From Candidatus Marinacidobacterales bacterium (GTDB taxonomy: Bacteria; Acidobacteriota; Vicinamibacteria; Marinacidobacterales; DATDRI01): a stretch of DNA of 64,000 nucleotides. Where the stretch lies: positions 800,001 through 864,000 of the forward strand of contig OZ245365.1 of the NCBI GenBank assembly GCA_965226495.1, written 5' to 3'. The notes below the pieces were generated by a model. That model saw nothing but the letters and a program-made list of their open reading frames with translations. It made no database searches and was not told where the DNA came from. This document shows, piece after piece, positions 9,866-20,412 of this stretch (positions are counted from its first letter, which is position 1; each line of letters begins with the position of its first letter). The translations under genes and the position numbers were made by a program.

Positions 9866-10569
9866 CGGAAACGCCGAAGGTTCTCGACGTGAATGTGACG
9901 ATCCCTCTGGGCTCAGGGCGTGAGCGCACCACCGTCGCGGCCCGGTTTGCGCTGACGAAGGGAATCCTGGTCATCTTCGGCCCTTCCGCGACCGGCAAGA
10001 CCCTGACGGTTCGCGCCGTGGCCGGCCTACGACCCGCTATTGGCGCGATTCGCGTGGGCGGCGAGACTCTTCTCGACAGCGAAGCGCAACGAAACGTTGC
10101 CCCGGAACATCGCCGTGTTGGTTATGTGCCCCAACACGTGGCGCTCTTCCCACATCTCAATGTTCGTGACAACGTGGCGTTTGGCTTGCGGGCGCGTGGA
10201 AACGGAACCGGCTCGCGGCCACTCGCCGAGGAATGGCTGGCGCGACTCGGGGTGGAGAACTTGGCGGATCGTATGCCGCATCGCCTGTCGGGAGGGGAAT
10301 CGCAACGCGTCTCGCTCGCCCGCGCCTTGGCACCAGAGCCACGCCTGCTACTACTCGACGAGCCCTTCGCCAGTCTCGATCTCACGACTCGGCGCGAGAT
10401 GCGCCGCGTGGTGCGGGAAGTTCAAGAGAGCAGCGGGATCCCAATGGTTTTCGTTACCCATAGTCCGCGCGAAGCGATCGAGATGGGGGATCACTTGGTT
10501 CGCTACGGGCTGGGTGGAAGCCAAGAAGAAGGCTTGCCGGGGGACCTCATCGAAAGCGAATCGGAATAG
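9859..10569 (+). CDS. modC: Molybdate ABC transporter ATPase
   Basis: GPSATGKT, LSGGE and LLLDEPF motifs, in the modAB operon. Confidence 0.9.
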   Translation: MVTETPKVLDVNVTIPLGSGRERTTVAARFALTKGILVIFGPSATGKTLTVRAVAGLRPAIGAIRVGGETLLDSEAQRNVAPEHRRVGYVPQHVALFPHLNVRDNVAFGLRARGNGTGSRPLAEEWLARLGVENLADRMPHRLSGGESQRVSLARALAPEPRLLLLDEPFASLDLTTRREMRRVVREVQESSGIPMVFVTHSPREAIEMGDHLVRYGLGGSQEEGLPGDLIESESE

Positions 10570-10572
10570 GCG

Positions 10573-10989
10573 TTAAGCGGCGTCGAAGAATTCCCCGATC
10601 TTGCCCCGGATCTGATCGCGGATGCGCCGGAACTCCTGGCGAATCTCTTCGTCGGAGCCGGTGGCCGCCGCCGGATCTTCGAAGGGCCAGTGAAACCGTT
10701 GCACGTTCCCCGGGTATACCGGGCACACTTCCTCGGCACAGAGCGTGATCACCGTCCCGATTCGATCCGAAGGGATCTCGTCGATCGCCTTCGATCGGTG
10801 CGAGGAAATCTCGATGCCCAGTTCCTGCATCACTTCTCGGGCAAATGGATTGAGGTGGGTGGGTGCCGAGCCGGCGCTGTAGATTTCTCGATCCTTGGGC
10901 GCAACCGCTCGAGCGAGTCCCTCCGCCATCTGGCTGCGGGCGGAATTGGCCACACAGAGAAAGAGGACACCCGTCGGTGAATCTGCCAT
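10573..10989 (-). CDS. arsC: Arsenate reductase, LMW-PTP (thioredoxin) type
   Basis: [18 protein letters not shown]-loop, ITLC...CP, HWPFEDP. Confidence 0.9.
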   Translation of the reverse strand: MADSPTGVLFLCVANSARSQMAEGLARAVAPKDREIYSAGSAPTHLNPFAREVMQELGIEISSHRSKAIDEIPSDRIGTVITLCAEEVCPVYPGNVQRFHWPFEDPAAATGSDEEIRQEFRRIRDQIRGKIGEFFDAA

Positions 10990-10994
10990 GGCGG

Positions 10995-11459
10995 TATTCT
11001 AAACGAAAACACTCAGGGCTTGATGAAGGCGTCGGCGGCGGCAATCCACGACGAGCCCCGCCAAAGTCTGCATACCTGTCAGGGCTCGATCTTTGCCCAC
11101 CTATCGCTCAGCAAGGGAGGTTTTCGATGGCGGTTCTCGTCTCCATCCCCTATGGACCTACGAAACCGTAAAGGGCGTGTGGGAAGAGCGCTTCGAGCGC
11201 ACCTACGGTTTCTGGCGAGGGCTCTCAGATGCCTCCGTCGCCAAGTATCTCGATTGTAGCCTTTTCGAATCAGGTTTCGTTCGCGTCATGTGCCGAACTG
11301 CAAAGCCGAGTTCCTCGTAGGCTTCTCGTGCAAGTGTAGGGGACTTTATCCATCTTGTGGCGCGAAGCGAACAGCGAGCCTATCGACCGGCTCGAGTTTC
11401 TCGCCCGAGTGCTCATCCACATCCCAGAGCCCAACAAGCATCTGGTTCATTTCTATGGC
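10995..11459 (+). mobile_element. IS91-like element, type B, internally deleted remnant
   Basis: Frameshifted Zn-binding segment (YETVKGVWEERFER, FSCKCRGL.PSCG) joined directly to PIDRLEFLARVLIHIPEP. The same junction occurs at 27333-27480. Confidence 0.85.
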
Positions 11460-12810
11460 TGTCGTTCATCATTATTAAGCCGCCGGAACCGGAGGCCGTT
11501 CGGCTCGACGAGTGGGGACTGAAAGCGTGGTCGACGCACCCGGAAGGCTTCAGGGATCGCACCGCGAATGGGTTCATCCGCTGGACAACGTATACCTCAA
11601 GAGGTCCGGTCACGCACCATCTGGCCGCCGAAAACTGCTCTAAGCTGCCTCGTGCCATTCGTAGCGATGGTGCAGCCCGCCCACTCTCGGAAGCGCAACG
11701 ACTTTTGCGGTCGGTGACGGTCGCGGCGTGACCGATCTCTCGTTCGGCGAGTCTTTGTCGAGTCCCAGGTGACAACGATCCTCGTGATAATAGTCGATGT
11801 AGGACCGGGCGAGTCGGACGAGGTGCCGCTCGCTCAGGACGACGACGCGTTCGAGCATCTCTCGACGACAACTACCGATCCAGCGCTCAGCGGTTCCGTT
11901 TTGCCAGGGGCTGAGAAAAGACGTGCGAACCGGACTCGTTCCCATCGACTTGATGACTTCGACGACGGCCTCGCTGAAGATCGAATCGCGATCGAAGACC
12001 AGATATCGCGGTGCCGTGTCGTATGGAAGCGCGTTACGAAGTTGCTGAATCACCCACGCCGACGTCGGGTTGAAGGTCGGGTTGAAGTGCAAGATATGGC
12101 GACGGCCGTGCTCGATGACGAAGAACCCGTACAGCAGCCGAAGAGACGCGGTCGGGACTGTGAACAGATCCATCGCAACGATGTCGTCCTTGTGGTTATG
12201 CAAGAACGCTACCCATCGCTTCACCTGGTCGGGCTCGGTTGGACGCCGCGGCAAGTATCGCGACACCGTCATCTCGGAGACGATGAAACCGAGCTTCGTG
12301 AGCTCCGCGTGGATGCGCGGTGCGCCCCAACCATCCTGAGCCATCGTCCGGATGAGCCGGCGAATCTCGCCATCCACTCGAGGTCGTCCCAGATAACGCC
12401 TCCGCGAGATCTTTGCCCAGTATCGTCGGAATCGATCCCGATTTCACCGCGCGACCGTGTCCGCGTTGACGATGACCAAGCGACTAGCCCACCCGGGCCA
12501 CGATTGGCGGAGCGCCACCCAGAATTCGCGGTCGGCGTTGTCGAGGAGAGGCCGGGGTCGCTCCTTCTTGAGCATAGCAACCTGTTGCCGTAGCGCGAGG
12601 TTTTCAATCACGAGGTCGGCTCGCCGCCGACACATCGCCCGGATCGCGCGGGCGCCAAGAGACACGAGGACGATGAGAACACGGAGCATGATGCGGCGGA
12701 GTTTGCCCTCTCCCGCGCGTGATCTCAAGCGGGAAATCCGCCGTCCGGTCGGCACAAGAAGAACTCGTAGGTCCTTGGTTTCACTCGCGGACGAGTTTTG
12801 ATGATGGACA
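11460..12810 (-). mobile_element. IS481-like integrase-core IS; transposase (12689-11640) broken by an in-frame TGA at 12446-12444
   Basis: WGAPRIHAEL, MDLFTV, DRDSIF, SPWQNGTAERW, GGLHHRY. Imperfect IRs TGTCGTTCATCA (11460) and TGTCCATCATCA (12810, minus strand). Confidence 0.8.
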
Positions 12811-12866
12811 ACGCGTTCGGGTGAACTGATGGCCTGAACTTCTGGGCGCGCACGTCCGCCTGGCCG

Positions 12867-12946
12867 ATATATGTCGATAAAAATAGATTTTGGCGACATA
12901 TATTGTTGATATGTCGCTCGGAGCGACATAAGCTTCGGATATGTCG
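12867..12946 (+). promoter_or_regulatory. Array of five ATATGTCG/CGACATA boxes upstream of and overlapping the fic start
   Basis: Boxes at 12869, 12894, 12909, 12924 and 12939 form two inverted repeats with 10-bp arms. Confidence 0.6.
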
Positions 12947-14071
12947 CAAGAACCGAATTCGAGCGACCTGAATCGTTGGCGTCCTGACCGGCCTTACAAT
13001 AGGTTACCCCACCTTCCACCCGCGATAGAGCTAGAGACAAAAGCCGTTCTTAGACAGTGTATTACGGCCCGGGCTGCGCTCGCCGGGCTGCGCCATGCGG
13101 CGGAGCTGATCCCGAATCCGAGCATGCTCATCAACACGTTGCCGATATTGGAGGCCCAGGCCAGCACAGAAATCGAGAACATCGTCACTACCGCTGACGC
13201 ACTGTTCCGGCACCTTCACGGTGAGGGGCCGATGGACCGAGCGACGCGGGAAGCCCTGCGGTACCGGGAGGCACTACTGAACGCCTTTGCGTCGATGAAG
13301 ACTCGCCCATTGTCCACCCGAACGGCCGAATCCATCTGCACTCGCATCCGGGGTGTCGAGATGAGGGTTCGTAGGGTGCCCGGCACGGCGCTCGCAAACG
13401 TCGCCACTGGCGAGGTCATTTATACGCCACCCGAGGGCGAACACTTGTTACGGAACCTGATGGCCAACTGGGAGCGCTTCGTGCACGACGAGAGCTCACT
13501 CGATCCTCTCGTTCGCATGGCGGTGGCCCATTATCAGTTCGAAGCCATCCATCCTTTCACGGATGGCAACGGCCGTACCGGTCGCGTGTTGAACAGTCTG
13601 TTTCTCGTCGAGAATGAGCTGCTCGGACTTCCCATTCTCTACCTGAGTCGATACATCATCGAACGGAAGGCTGAATACCAACGCCTGCTTCTGCAGGTCA
13701 CGCGAAACGACACCTGGGAGCCGTGGCTCCTGTATTTGTTACGTGCAGTCGAAGAAACCGCCGAGTGGACCGTCGCCAAGATCGCGGCCGTCCGAGAGCT
13801 CGCAAGTCACACGAGCGACTACGTGCGTCAGGCGCTACCGAAGATCTACACACGCGAGCTCATCGACGTCATTTTTGAACAGCCCTATTGCCGAATTGGC
13901 AACCTCGTCGCCGCCGGCGTCGCGAAGCGTCAAGCGGCCTCTCGTTATCTCAAGGCACTCGTCAAGACCGGGGTTCTGCGCGAAGAGGTTTCGGGGCGAC
14001 AGAAACTATTCGTCCATCCGAAACTCCTGAGGCTCTTGACGGAGGGAAGCAACGAGCTCGTGCGGTACTAA
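12941..14071 (+). CDS. Fic family protein adenylyltransferase (class II-like, C-terminal HTH)
   Basis: HPFTDGNGRTGR catalytic motif, inhibitory motif STEIEN, wHTH-like C-terminus (RQAASRYLKALVKTGVL). Confidence 0.93.
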   Translation: MSQEPNSSDLNRWRPDRPYNRLPHLPPAIELETKAVLRQCITARAALAGLRHAAELIPNPSMLINTLPILEAQASTEIENIVTTADALFRHLHGEGPMDRATREALRYREALLNAFASMKTRPLSTRTAESICTRIRGVEMRVRRVPGTALANVATGEVIYTPPEGEHLLRNLMANWERFVHDESSLDPLVRMAVAHYQFEAIHPFTDGNGRTGRVLNSLFLVENELLGLPILYLSRYIIERKAEYQRLLLQVTRNDTWEPWLLYLLRAVEETAEWTVAKIAAVRELASHTSDYVRQALPKIYTRELIDVIFEQPYCRIGNLVAAGVAKRQAASRYLKALVKTGVLREEVSGRQKLFVHPKLLRLLTEGSNELVRY

Positions 14072-14383
14072 CAAGCGCGAGCTCCTAGTGCTGATGGCGG
14101 AGATTGCGCCGAAAGTACTCTGTCCGGTGTTGGCCCGTGATCTCTAGCTAAGCTAGCGAGACACTGCGCAATTCCCGCGCAGAGGGCTCGTGGGCTCGCC
14201 GCCAAATCCTTTGACTTTTCAGCGTGTAGTGTGCCAAAACCCGATCGAGCGACTCCATCATTATTAGAAAGCCATTCTCGGCGTTGAGAATGCGGAGACG
14301 GCTGTCGGGAAACGAGGCGAGCTCTGATAGGGTGCCAGCCGTCGGCAAACTGCTTGGGAAACTATATTGGCGTTAAAGTCCGC

Positions 14384-14818
14384 TCACGCCGCGTCTCGAT
14401 AGTAATATCGGAGCGTTCCGCCGAGGCGCTCCCGACATCGGATGCGACCGTCGGACCCCAGCGAATCCTGCGCCGAGCAGATGAGTTCGTTATCGAGACC
14501 TTGATGATTCCTCTCCAGATGATAATGGGCGACGAAAGCGCGGATACTCACGCGGAGATGATTCTCTCCCAAGGGAATCATCCGACTAAGGCACTCGCTT
14601 TTCATGGACCGCACAAAGCGTTCGGCGTAGGCGTTCAAATTCGGACTCCTCGCCGGCAGCTTCACCGTCTCCACGCCGACAGCACCGAGTGTGGCGCAGA
14701 ATGATGCTGAAAAGAGCGGGTCCCGGTCGTGAATGAGAAACCGCGCGTCTCGAAGAAAACCGTCAATGGCGTCGGTCAGGTTTCTGGCCACTTGCCTCAT
14801 CCAATCGTCGTAGGGCTG
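14384..14818 (-). pseudogene. Integrase-core transposase, C-terminal fragment
   Basis: HDRDPLF, SPNLNAYAERFVRS, HYHLERNHQG, RLGGTLRYY. 5' part cut off by the IS91-like piece at 14819. Confidence 0.85.
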
Positions 14819-15742
14819 GAACCCTCATATTCATGCCATCGTCACGCGTGGGGTTTTCCTCTCTAACGGACAGTGGCATCCCATCCCTTACGTCGATACG
14901 CACAAAGCCGAGCTTGTCTTTCGCCATAAGCTTCTCCGATTTCTACGAGACCGGGACCTAATTTCCGAAGAGCGCATCGACCTGCTCCTTTCTTGGCAAC
15001 ATTCCGGTTTCAGCGTTCACAATCACACCACCGTTTATCCCAGCGACACCGAAGGGCTCCATCGCCTCGCTTGCTACTTGCAACGCGCGCCAGTGAATCT
15101 GTCTCGACTTCGTTATCATCCGGAATCGGGGCTCCTTATTTATGAGCCCAAGGCCGGCCACGATGTCGACGACAGCGAGCCTATCGACCCACTTGAGTTT
15201 ATCGCGCGCGTGCTCATCCACATACCGGAGCCGAAAAAGCATCTGGTTCATTTCTACCGGACCTACGCCAACCGCGTTCGTTCGTCGACACCCAGTGTTT
15301 GCGACTCCGCGCAGAAGCAGGCAGAGGATGAACCTTCCCCTCCCCGCCGTGCTTTACGAAAAAGATGGTCAGAGCTTATTTACAAAATCTACGAAGTCGA
15401 CCCTTTGACCTGTCGGCAATGCGGGAATCAGATGAAGATCGTCGCTTTCATCACTGAGCCCGCCGTCATTTGTCGTATTTTGGCTCACCGCAAATACAAA
15501 GCCTCCCGACAAAGAGCTCCTCCCCAGCCAACCCTCAACCTCCACTAAACGCCTACCCCGTCAGGACACACTCTCCCTGTGTCTTGAACCAGCCAACGGC
15601 CTTCGTCCTCGCGACGCCGGCCACCTCGCGAGGCCTTTCTCTCTCGCAACACGTTCGATTTATTTCAAACCATCCCGCGTACGAGGATTTTCCTTCAATC
15701 TAGCCCTCCCGCAGGTTGCTCTCGGGATAGAAATGGCTATCT
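14819..15742 (+). mobile_element. IS91-like element, type A, 3' half with oriIS-like end
   Basis: Open frame from NPHIHAIVTRG (HUH motif) through LACYLQRAPV and DPLTCRQCG to the stop at 15548. Terminus GATAGAAATGGCTATC at 15726-15741. Confidence 0.88.
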
Positions 15743-16052
15743 GTTATCTGTCTTCTATGATGAGCGCATCCACGTCCGGCGCTGGCTTGTCCTCGGCTTG
15801 AAAGGAGCCCACGTCGCCGCTGTGGGCGCCATCTTCGGTGGGGCAGAACGCCCTCAAGTGGTCAAGGTGACCGGAAGACGGATTGCGATCCACCTCAGGC
15901 TGCTCTACGATTCGAACCCAGGAGATGATCGGCACGACAAAAAACTCAGAGTCCAGAAGTCAGAAGTCTCGACGGGGGAGGTTGTCGCCGATTCTGACTT
16001 CTGAATTCAGCCGGCCGCCAGGCCGGCATTCTGGGTTTCGTCAAGAAGAAAC

Positions 16053-18680
16053 ATGATCGGTACTACGATCGCCCACTATCGCATTACGGAGAAAATCGGC
16101 GAGGGCGGCATGGGTGAGGTGTATCGCGCCACAGACACCAAGCTCATCCGGGACGTCGCCCTCAAGATCCTGCCGGAGCAGTTCGCCGCAGACAGCCAGC
16201 GCATGACCAGATTCCAGCGGGAGGCAGAGATTCTCGCTTCACTGGATCACTCCAACATCGGCGCTATTTACGGAATCGAAGATGTCGGCAAAACAAAGGC
16301 TTTGGTCCTGCAACTCATCGAAGGTCCTACGCTGGCGGATCGGATTGCCCATGGCCCGATTCCCATGGAAGAGGCGCTGCCGATAGCGCTTCAGATCGCC
16401 GAGGCCCTCGAAGCAGCGCATGAAAAAGGCGTCATCCACCGCGACCTCAAACCGGCCAACATCAAGATCACCCCCGAGGGTCAGGTCAAGGTGCTCGACT
16501 TCGGGCTGGCTAAGGCAATGGAAGATGACCCAAAGCCGTCTCCTGACATGTCAGAGTCGCCGACACTGAGTCTGGCAGCCACCCAGGTAGGTGTGATTCT
16601 GGGGACGGCAGCTTACATGAGCCCCGAACAGGTACGAGGCGCCCCGGTCGATCGGCAGACCGATGTCTGGGCCTTTGGCTGTGTTCTTTTTGAGATGCTT
16701 GCAGGTGAGAAGGCTTTTTCGGGGAGCGACTTCACCGCCGTCGTCAGGGCGGATCCCCAGTGGGACCTGTTGACAGGTGTGACGGTGAGGCTCAGTCGGC
16801 TGCTTGCACGTTGCCTCGCCAAGGAGCCGCGACAACGCTGGCACCACATTGCCGATGTGCGATTGGAGTTGGCGCAGATTCGAGCCGATGGCACGAACGA
16901 AAACGTCCCGTCCTCACCGGCGGACGCTCGCATGCCTCGACGAGCCTATGTCTGGACGGCGACTGCCCTGGTTGCCGGCGCGGCTCTAACCGCCTTCCTG
17001 GGATTTTATCCAACGTCTAACTCGCAACCGACACGCCTGCTGAAGTTCGACTTTGCGTGGCAGGGGCATCTTCGCCCCTGGGACGGTCCCGCCGTTTCTT
17101 CCGACGGCACGATGGTGGTCTACAGAAACTCGGGAATGCTGTGGATTCGCGATCTGGACGATACGCGACCCCGAAAACTCGAGGGAACAGAGGGGGGTGG
17201 CCAGCCCTTCTGGTCACCTGACGGCAACTCCATCGGTTACTTCACCAACCGTCATCTGCACAAAGTACCGACAACGGGTGGGCCAAGTACGACTCTGTGC
17301 CGCTTGCCGGCAGACTTCTGGGGAGGTGCTTTCTGGACGGATAACGGCAGAATCCTGATCGGCCAGGGGCCGAAGGGGATCTTCGAGGTGGCTGAACATG
17401 GCGAGGTGCCGAGACTTGTGCTGGAGCCGGCGGCTGAGTACGGAGACAAATGGCTCTACTGGCCGCGGCTGCTTCCAGATGGGCACAGCCTGATGTTTGT
17501 CAGTCTCAAGGAAGACGGCACCTCGGAAATCGCAGTTGTTTCATCGGGAGATCGCATCTCGGTCGTCCAGCACCCGGAGTTTCTGAGCTGGCCCAGCTTT
17601 GCTGCCACTGGACACATCGTCTACGAACGTGGAGCCTCGACACCTCGCGGAGTGGCCTCCGTGAGTATCTGGGCTCTTCCTTTCGACGGCAATGAACTGA
17701 CCCGAATCGGAGAGCCTTTTCAAATCGTCCCCGAGGGAACCTCTCCGACAGTATCGTCGACCGGCATGCTCACTTATCGGTCCCGTCCCACGACGCAGAA
17801 CAGCCTCGTCTGGGTCAATCGCGATGGAGTTGTTCGGCAAACCATAGGACGGCCGCAAGACCTGATCCGGAACCCGAGCATTGCACCGGACGGAAGCAGG
17901 GTAGCGGTCGAGGGCGTGGACACGAGCGGCTTTGACATCTGGATTCACGACGATTCGCGGGGGACCAAGCAGCGTCTGACCTCGGATCTCTCGGAGAATC
18001 GCCAACCGGTGTGGGCACCAGACGGTCACCGGATTGCGTTTGGTTCTGCCGGGAGCGTGTTTTTGTGTGACGTCTCCAGTGGTGCCCAACCGGAGAAACT
18101 GATCTCGGTCGACGCAGTCGAAGAGATCTATCTGGACTGGAGCCAGGACGGGGAACATCTGATTTTCCACTACATGCCCAGGGATCAGAGTCATCGCGAC
18201 ATCTGGCAGGTCTCCCTTTTCGACAACGCACAACCCATGCCTCTGGTAAGGAGTCCGGGAGACCAGACGCTTCCGCAAATTTCCCCAGATGGACGGCACG
18301 TCCTCTACCAGTCCAGCGAAGCCGGGAACTACCTTCCGGATGTGTTTTTGGTGGAGTTTCCGGGCGGAGGTAACAAGAGGCAAGTGTCGATCGCCGGAGG
18401 AACTCATGCTCGCTGGAGCCCTGACGGTGACGAACTATTCTATGTTGATCCCGCCAACAACCTGGTAGCGGTCAGCTTCGATGCTGAGACGGCAACACTG
18501 GGACGGGCGGTGCCGCTTTTCCGCTCTGCGGACGTCGACACGGACCTGTCGCGAAATCTCCTATCGTTTCTCTACGATGTCGGACCGGGGGCGGACCGCT
18601 TTGTCGTGGTGCAGTCTCCGGGCGGCGGTCGGGTGATGGTGGTCGAAAACTGGATCCGGGAATTCGCGGAAAGGCAGTAA
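16053..18680 (+). CDS. Ser/Thr protein kinase with TM segment and PD40/TolB-like beta-propeller
   Basis: GEGGMGEVY, VALK, HRDLKPAN, DFG, YMSPEQ; repeated WSPDG motifs. Confidence 0.95.
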   Translation: MIGTTIAHYRITEKIGEGGMGEVYRATDTKLIRDVALKILPEQFAADSQRMTRFQREAEILASLDHSNIGAIYGIEDVGKTKALVLQLIEGPTLADRIAHGPIPMEEALPIALQIAEALEAAHEKGVIHRDLKPANIKITPEGQVKVLDFGLAKAMEDDPKPSPDMSESPTLSLAATQVGVILGTAAYMSPEQVRGAPVDRQTDVWAFGCVLFEMLAGEKAFSGSDFTAVVRADPQWDLLTGVTVRLSRLLARCLAKEPRQRWHHIADVRLELAQIRADGTNENVPSSPADARMPRRAYVWTATALVAGAALTAFLGFYPTSNSQPTRLLKFDFAWQGHLRPWDGPAVSSDGTMVVYRNSGMLWIRDLDDTRPRKLEGTEGGGQPFWSPDGNSIGYFTNRHLHKVPTTGGPSTTLCRLPADFWGGAFWTDNGRILIGQGPKGIFEVAEHGEVPRLVLEPAAEYGDKWLYWPRLLPDGHSLMFVSLKEDGTSEIAVVSSGDRISVVQHPEFLSWPSFAATGHIVYERGASTPRGVASVSIWALPFDGNELTRIGEPFQIVPEGTSPTVSSTGMLTYRSRPTTQNSLVWVNRDGVVRQTIGRPQDLIRNPSIAPDGSRVAVEGVDTSGFDIWIHDDSRGTKQRLTSDLSENRQPVWAPDGHRIAFGSAGSVFLCDVSSGAQPEKLISVDAVEEIYLDWSQDGEHLIFHYMPRDQSHRDIWQVSLFDNAQPMPLVRSPGDQTLPQISPDGRHVLYQSSEAGNYLPDVFLVEFPGGGNKRQVSIAGGTHARWSPDGDELFYVDPANNLVAVSFDAETATLGRAVPLFRSADVDTDLSRNLLSFLYDVGPGADRFVVVQSPGGGRVMVVENWIREFAERQ

Positions 18681-18696
18681 ACGGGAAGCAGCTGTC

Positions 18697-19143
18697 CTAA
18701 CCCTGGGCTGAGCCTCCGTAGGTCCCCTTCAAGTACTCTTCGAGCATATCCAGCGACGTGACCAGTTTCTGCAGGCCGCACTGAATCATGAGATTTACGA
18801 TCTGGTATTTGTAGTGCAGTCTCCAGTCGGTGTAGAGACCGACACAGGGTTTGCCGATACCGTGAGCATAGCCGAGTTCCCAGGCCGTGCCACTGTCGAC
18901 GCAGAGGCCATTCAGGTTAGCCACGACCAGGTCGGCATTGGAGATCGCCTCTCTGTCCTCCTCAAAGATTTTGGGAACGTCAGCGGGACCCTTCAGCGGC
19001 GTACCGTCCCGCTGTGGCAGGTATGTCGTGAAGCCGGCTCGCTGCACCCGAGCGTCGATTTCCGTGTTCCACCAACGTTCTCCTTCATTAAACAGGGGAC
19101 CAGCTATGTAAGCATGCACCAGACTCTCTCCTTTTCGTGGCAA
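18697..19143 (-). CDS. Nucleoside 2-deoxyribosyltransferase / nucleotide N-glycosidase family
   Basis: YIAGPLF, YLPQRD, DSGTAWELGYA, NLMI. Confidence 0.9.
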   Translation of the reverse strand: MPRKGESLVHAYIAGPLFNEGERWWNTEIDARVQRAGFTTYLPQRDGTPLKGPADVPKIFEEDREAISNADLVVANLNGLCVDSGTAWELGYAHGIGKPCVGLYTDWRLHYKYQIVNLMIQCGLQKLVTSLDMLEEYLKGTYGGSAQG

Positions 19144-19188
19144 GACCTGTTGGATCGTTCCGGAGTTACGCCGCGTCCGTTTGTTTCG

Positions 19189-19995
19189 TCAGTTCGCGCT
19201 GACGCAGTTCGTCAGATACGGTGTCTCGGTGTACTGATCGGGAACTCGCATCAGGAACGCTTGCGCGGCCTCGAGCACGGCCTCATTCTCGGGAAACTCG
19301 ACCTGAAATCCGTTGAATTGTCTCAGGGCGTCTTCGTAGATCTGTTTCGCCTCTTCCGACGCCAGAAACACCGTTACATCGGTACCGCTGGGGGCACGCG
19401 CAAACGCAGCGTCCAGTTCCTCCCGTATAGCCGTGGTCGACATGATGGAATCTACCGGCCTCGGGTAAGGGGGATAGCCGCCGATTGAGGTGGAGTTGAT
19501 TTCGAGCCGTTGGATGGCCTTGCCATATGTGGGATCGGTCTGACCGTAGACGGTCGCGGGAAGCTCGGTCAGCGTCATCATTCCACCACACATGGCACAG
19601 GGCTCCAGAGTCGTGTACAGCCGGTAGCCCTTCAGATCAAACTGCTCGGTGTTGTGGAGGTAGTTCGTGATCAGACGGACTTCGCCATGCTGAGACTCGT
19701 TGCCGGTCACATTGACTGAGTTTCTGGCCCAGCACCGCACCTGATGCTGGGAATCGACCAGGACTGAACCGATGTTGTAGCCGCGCCCAGAGGAACTTTC
19801 GTCCTGCCAGTCTTTGAGGATCACCGCATAAGCGAGAAGGGCGAAGATCTCATCTCTCTCCTGCTGAACAGGGTCGATCGCCTCCTGAGATTCAGGTTGG
19901 CTTGGCGGGTTCGGCGGAGGCTCGCTACAGCCCACCGTCGCTGTTGCCAAAGACAAGGCTACAATAACTCTCGAGTAAAACGTAGAAACTGCCAA
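19189..19995 (-). CDS. Zn-dependent nucleoside/nucleotide deaminase with predicted lipoprotein signal
   Basis: HGE and YTTLEPCAMC motifs. Probable TTG start at 19995 after a purine-rich RBS, then a hydrophobic stretch ending TVGC. Confidence 0.82.
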   Translation of the reverse strand: MAVSTFYSRVIVALSLATATVGCSEPPPNPPSQPESQEAIDPVQQERDEIFALLAYAVILKDWQDESSSGRGYNIGSVLVDSQHQVRCWARNSVNVTGNESQHGEVRLITNYLHNTEQFDLKGYRLYTTLEPCAMCGGMMTLTELPATVYGQTDPTYGKAIQRLEINSTSIGGYPPYPRPVDSIMSTTAIREELDAAFARAPSGTDVTVFLASEEAKQIYEDALRQFNGFQVEFPENEAVLEAAQAFLMRVPDQYTETPYLTNCVSAN

Positions 19996-20064
19996 AGTCT
20001 TCCCCCTTCTGCGACTGATAGATTCTTTTAAGACTTCTCTGCAAGTTACGTAGAAGATCAAGAG

Positions 20065-20265
20065 CTAAGCAACGGCAGTCATGTATACCTCCGGGAAGTA
20101 TTCGTCTGCAAGCTGAGTTGCGGCGGACATAATAGCGAAGCCCTTATTGGTGACTCGCCACCGACGGGTACGAGGGACCTTGGCAATGAGGGAATGAGCG
20201 TGAAGGCGTTGGAGGAGACGTGACGTTTTGGCGCTCTGGCTTCGACGCTGGTGGGGATTGCCGGA
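20065..20265 (-). pseudogene. C-terminal wHTH remnant of a putative mobile-element protein
   Basis: SAKTSRLLQRLHAHSLIAKVPRTRRWRVT resembles the C-terminus of a ~500 aa mobile-element protein family often labelled MarR. The rest is missing. Confidence 0.5.
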
Positions 20266-20412
20266 GGCTCTGGAGCCCGTATTGTGCCAAAACTCGGCCG
20301 ACGTCAAGAATTCCGAGCGTTTGCAGAGAGGACCAAAAGAAACGAAAGGGCCAGGACAGGTCGATTCATGGCTCAGCCTCCTAAATTGGGGATGTATTGT
20401 ATGCTCTGGCGC

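Larger units (their letters stand above)
9756..11150 (+). repeat. Direct duplication copy 1 (modB 3' end, modC, arsC, IS left region)
   Basis: Matches 38338 to ~39735 at offset 28582. Nearly identical up to ~10930, clearly diverged after that. Confidence 0.95.

Noticed and set aside
12444-12446. Genome-wide TGA=Trp recoding, or Sec in the transposase
   Set aside because: Many intact genes here end in TGA, the position corresponds to Trp rather than Cys, and no SECIS is evident.
11769-12593. 274-aa plus-strand ORF and other long antisense ORFs (e.g. 17541-18407, 42496-43308, 59006-59875)
   Set aside because: Shadow frames of well-supported genes in GC-rich DNA, with no motifs.
16053-18680. 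Kinase as a novel defence component
   Set aside because: Kinase-PD40 proteins are a common expanded family in Acidobacteriota, and nothing links this one to its neighbours.
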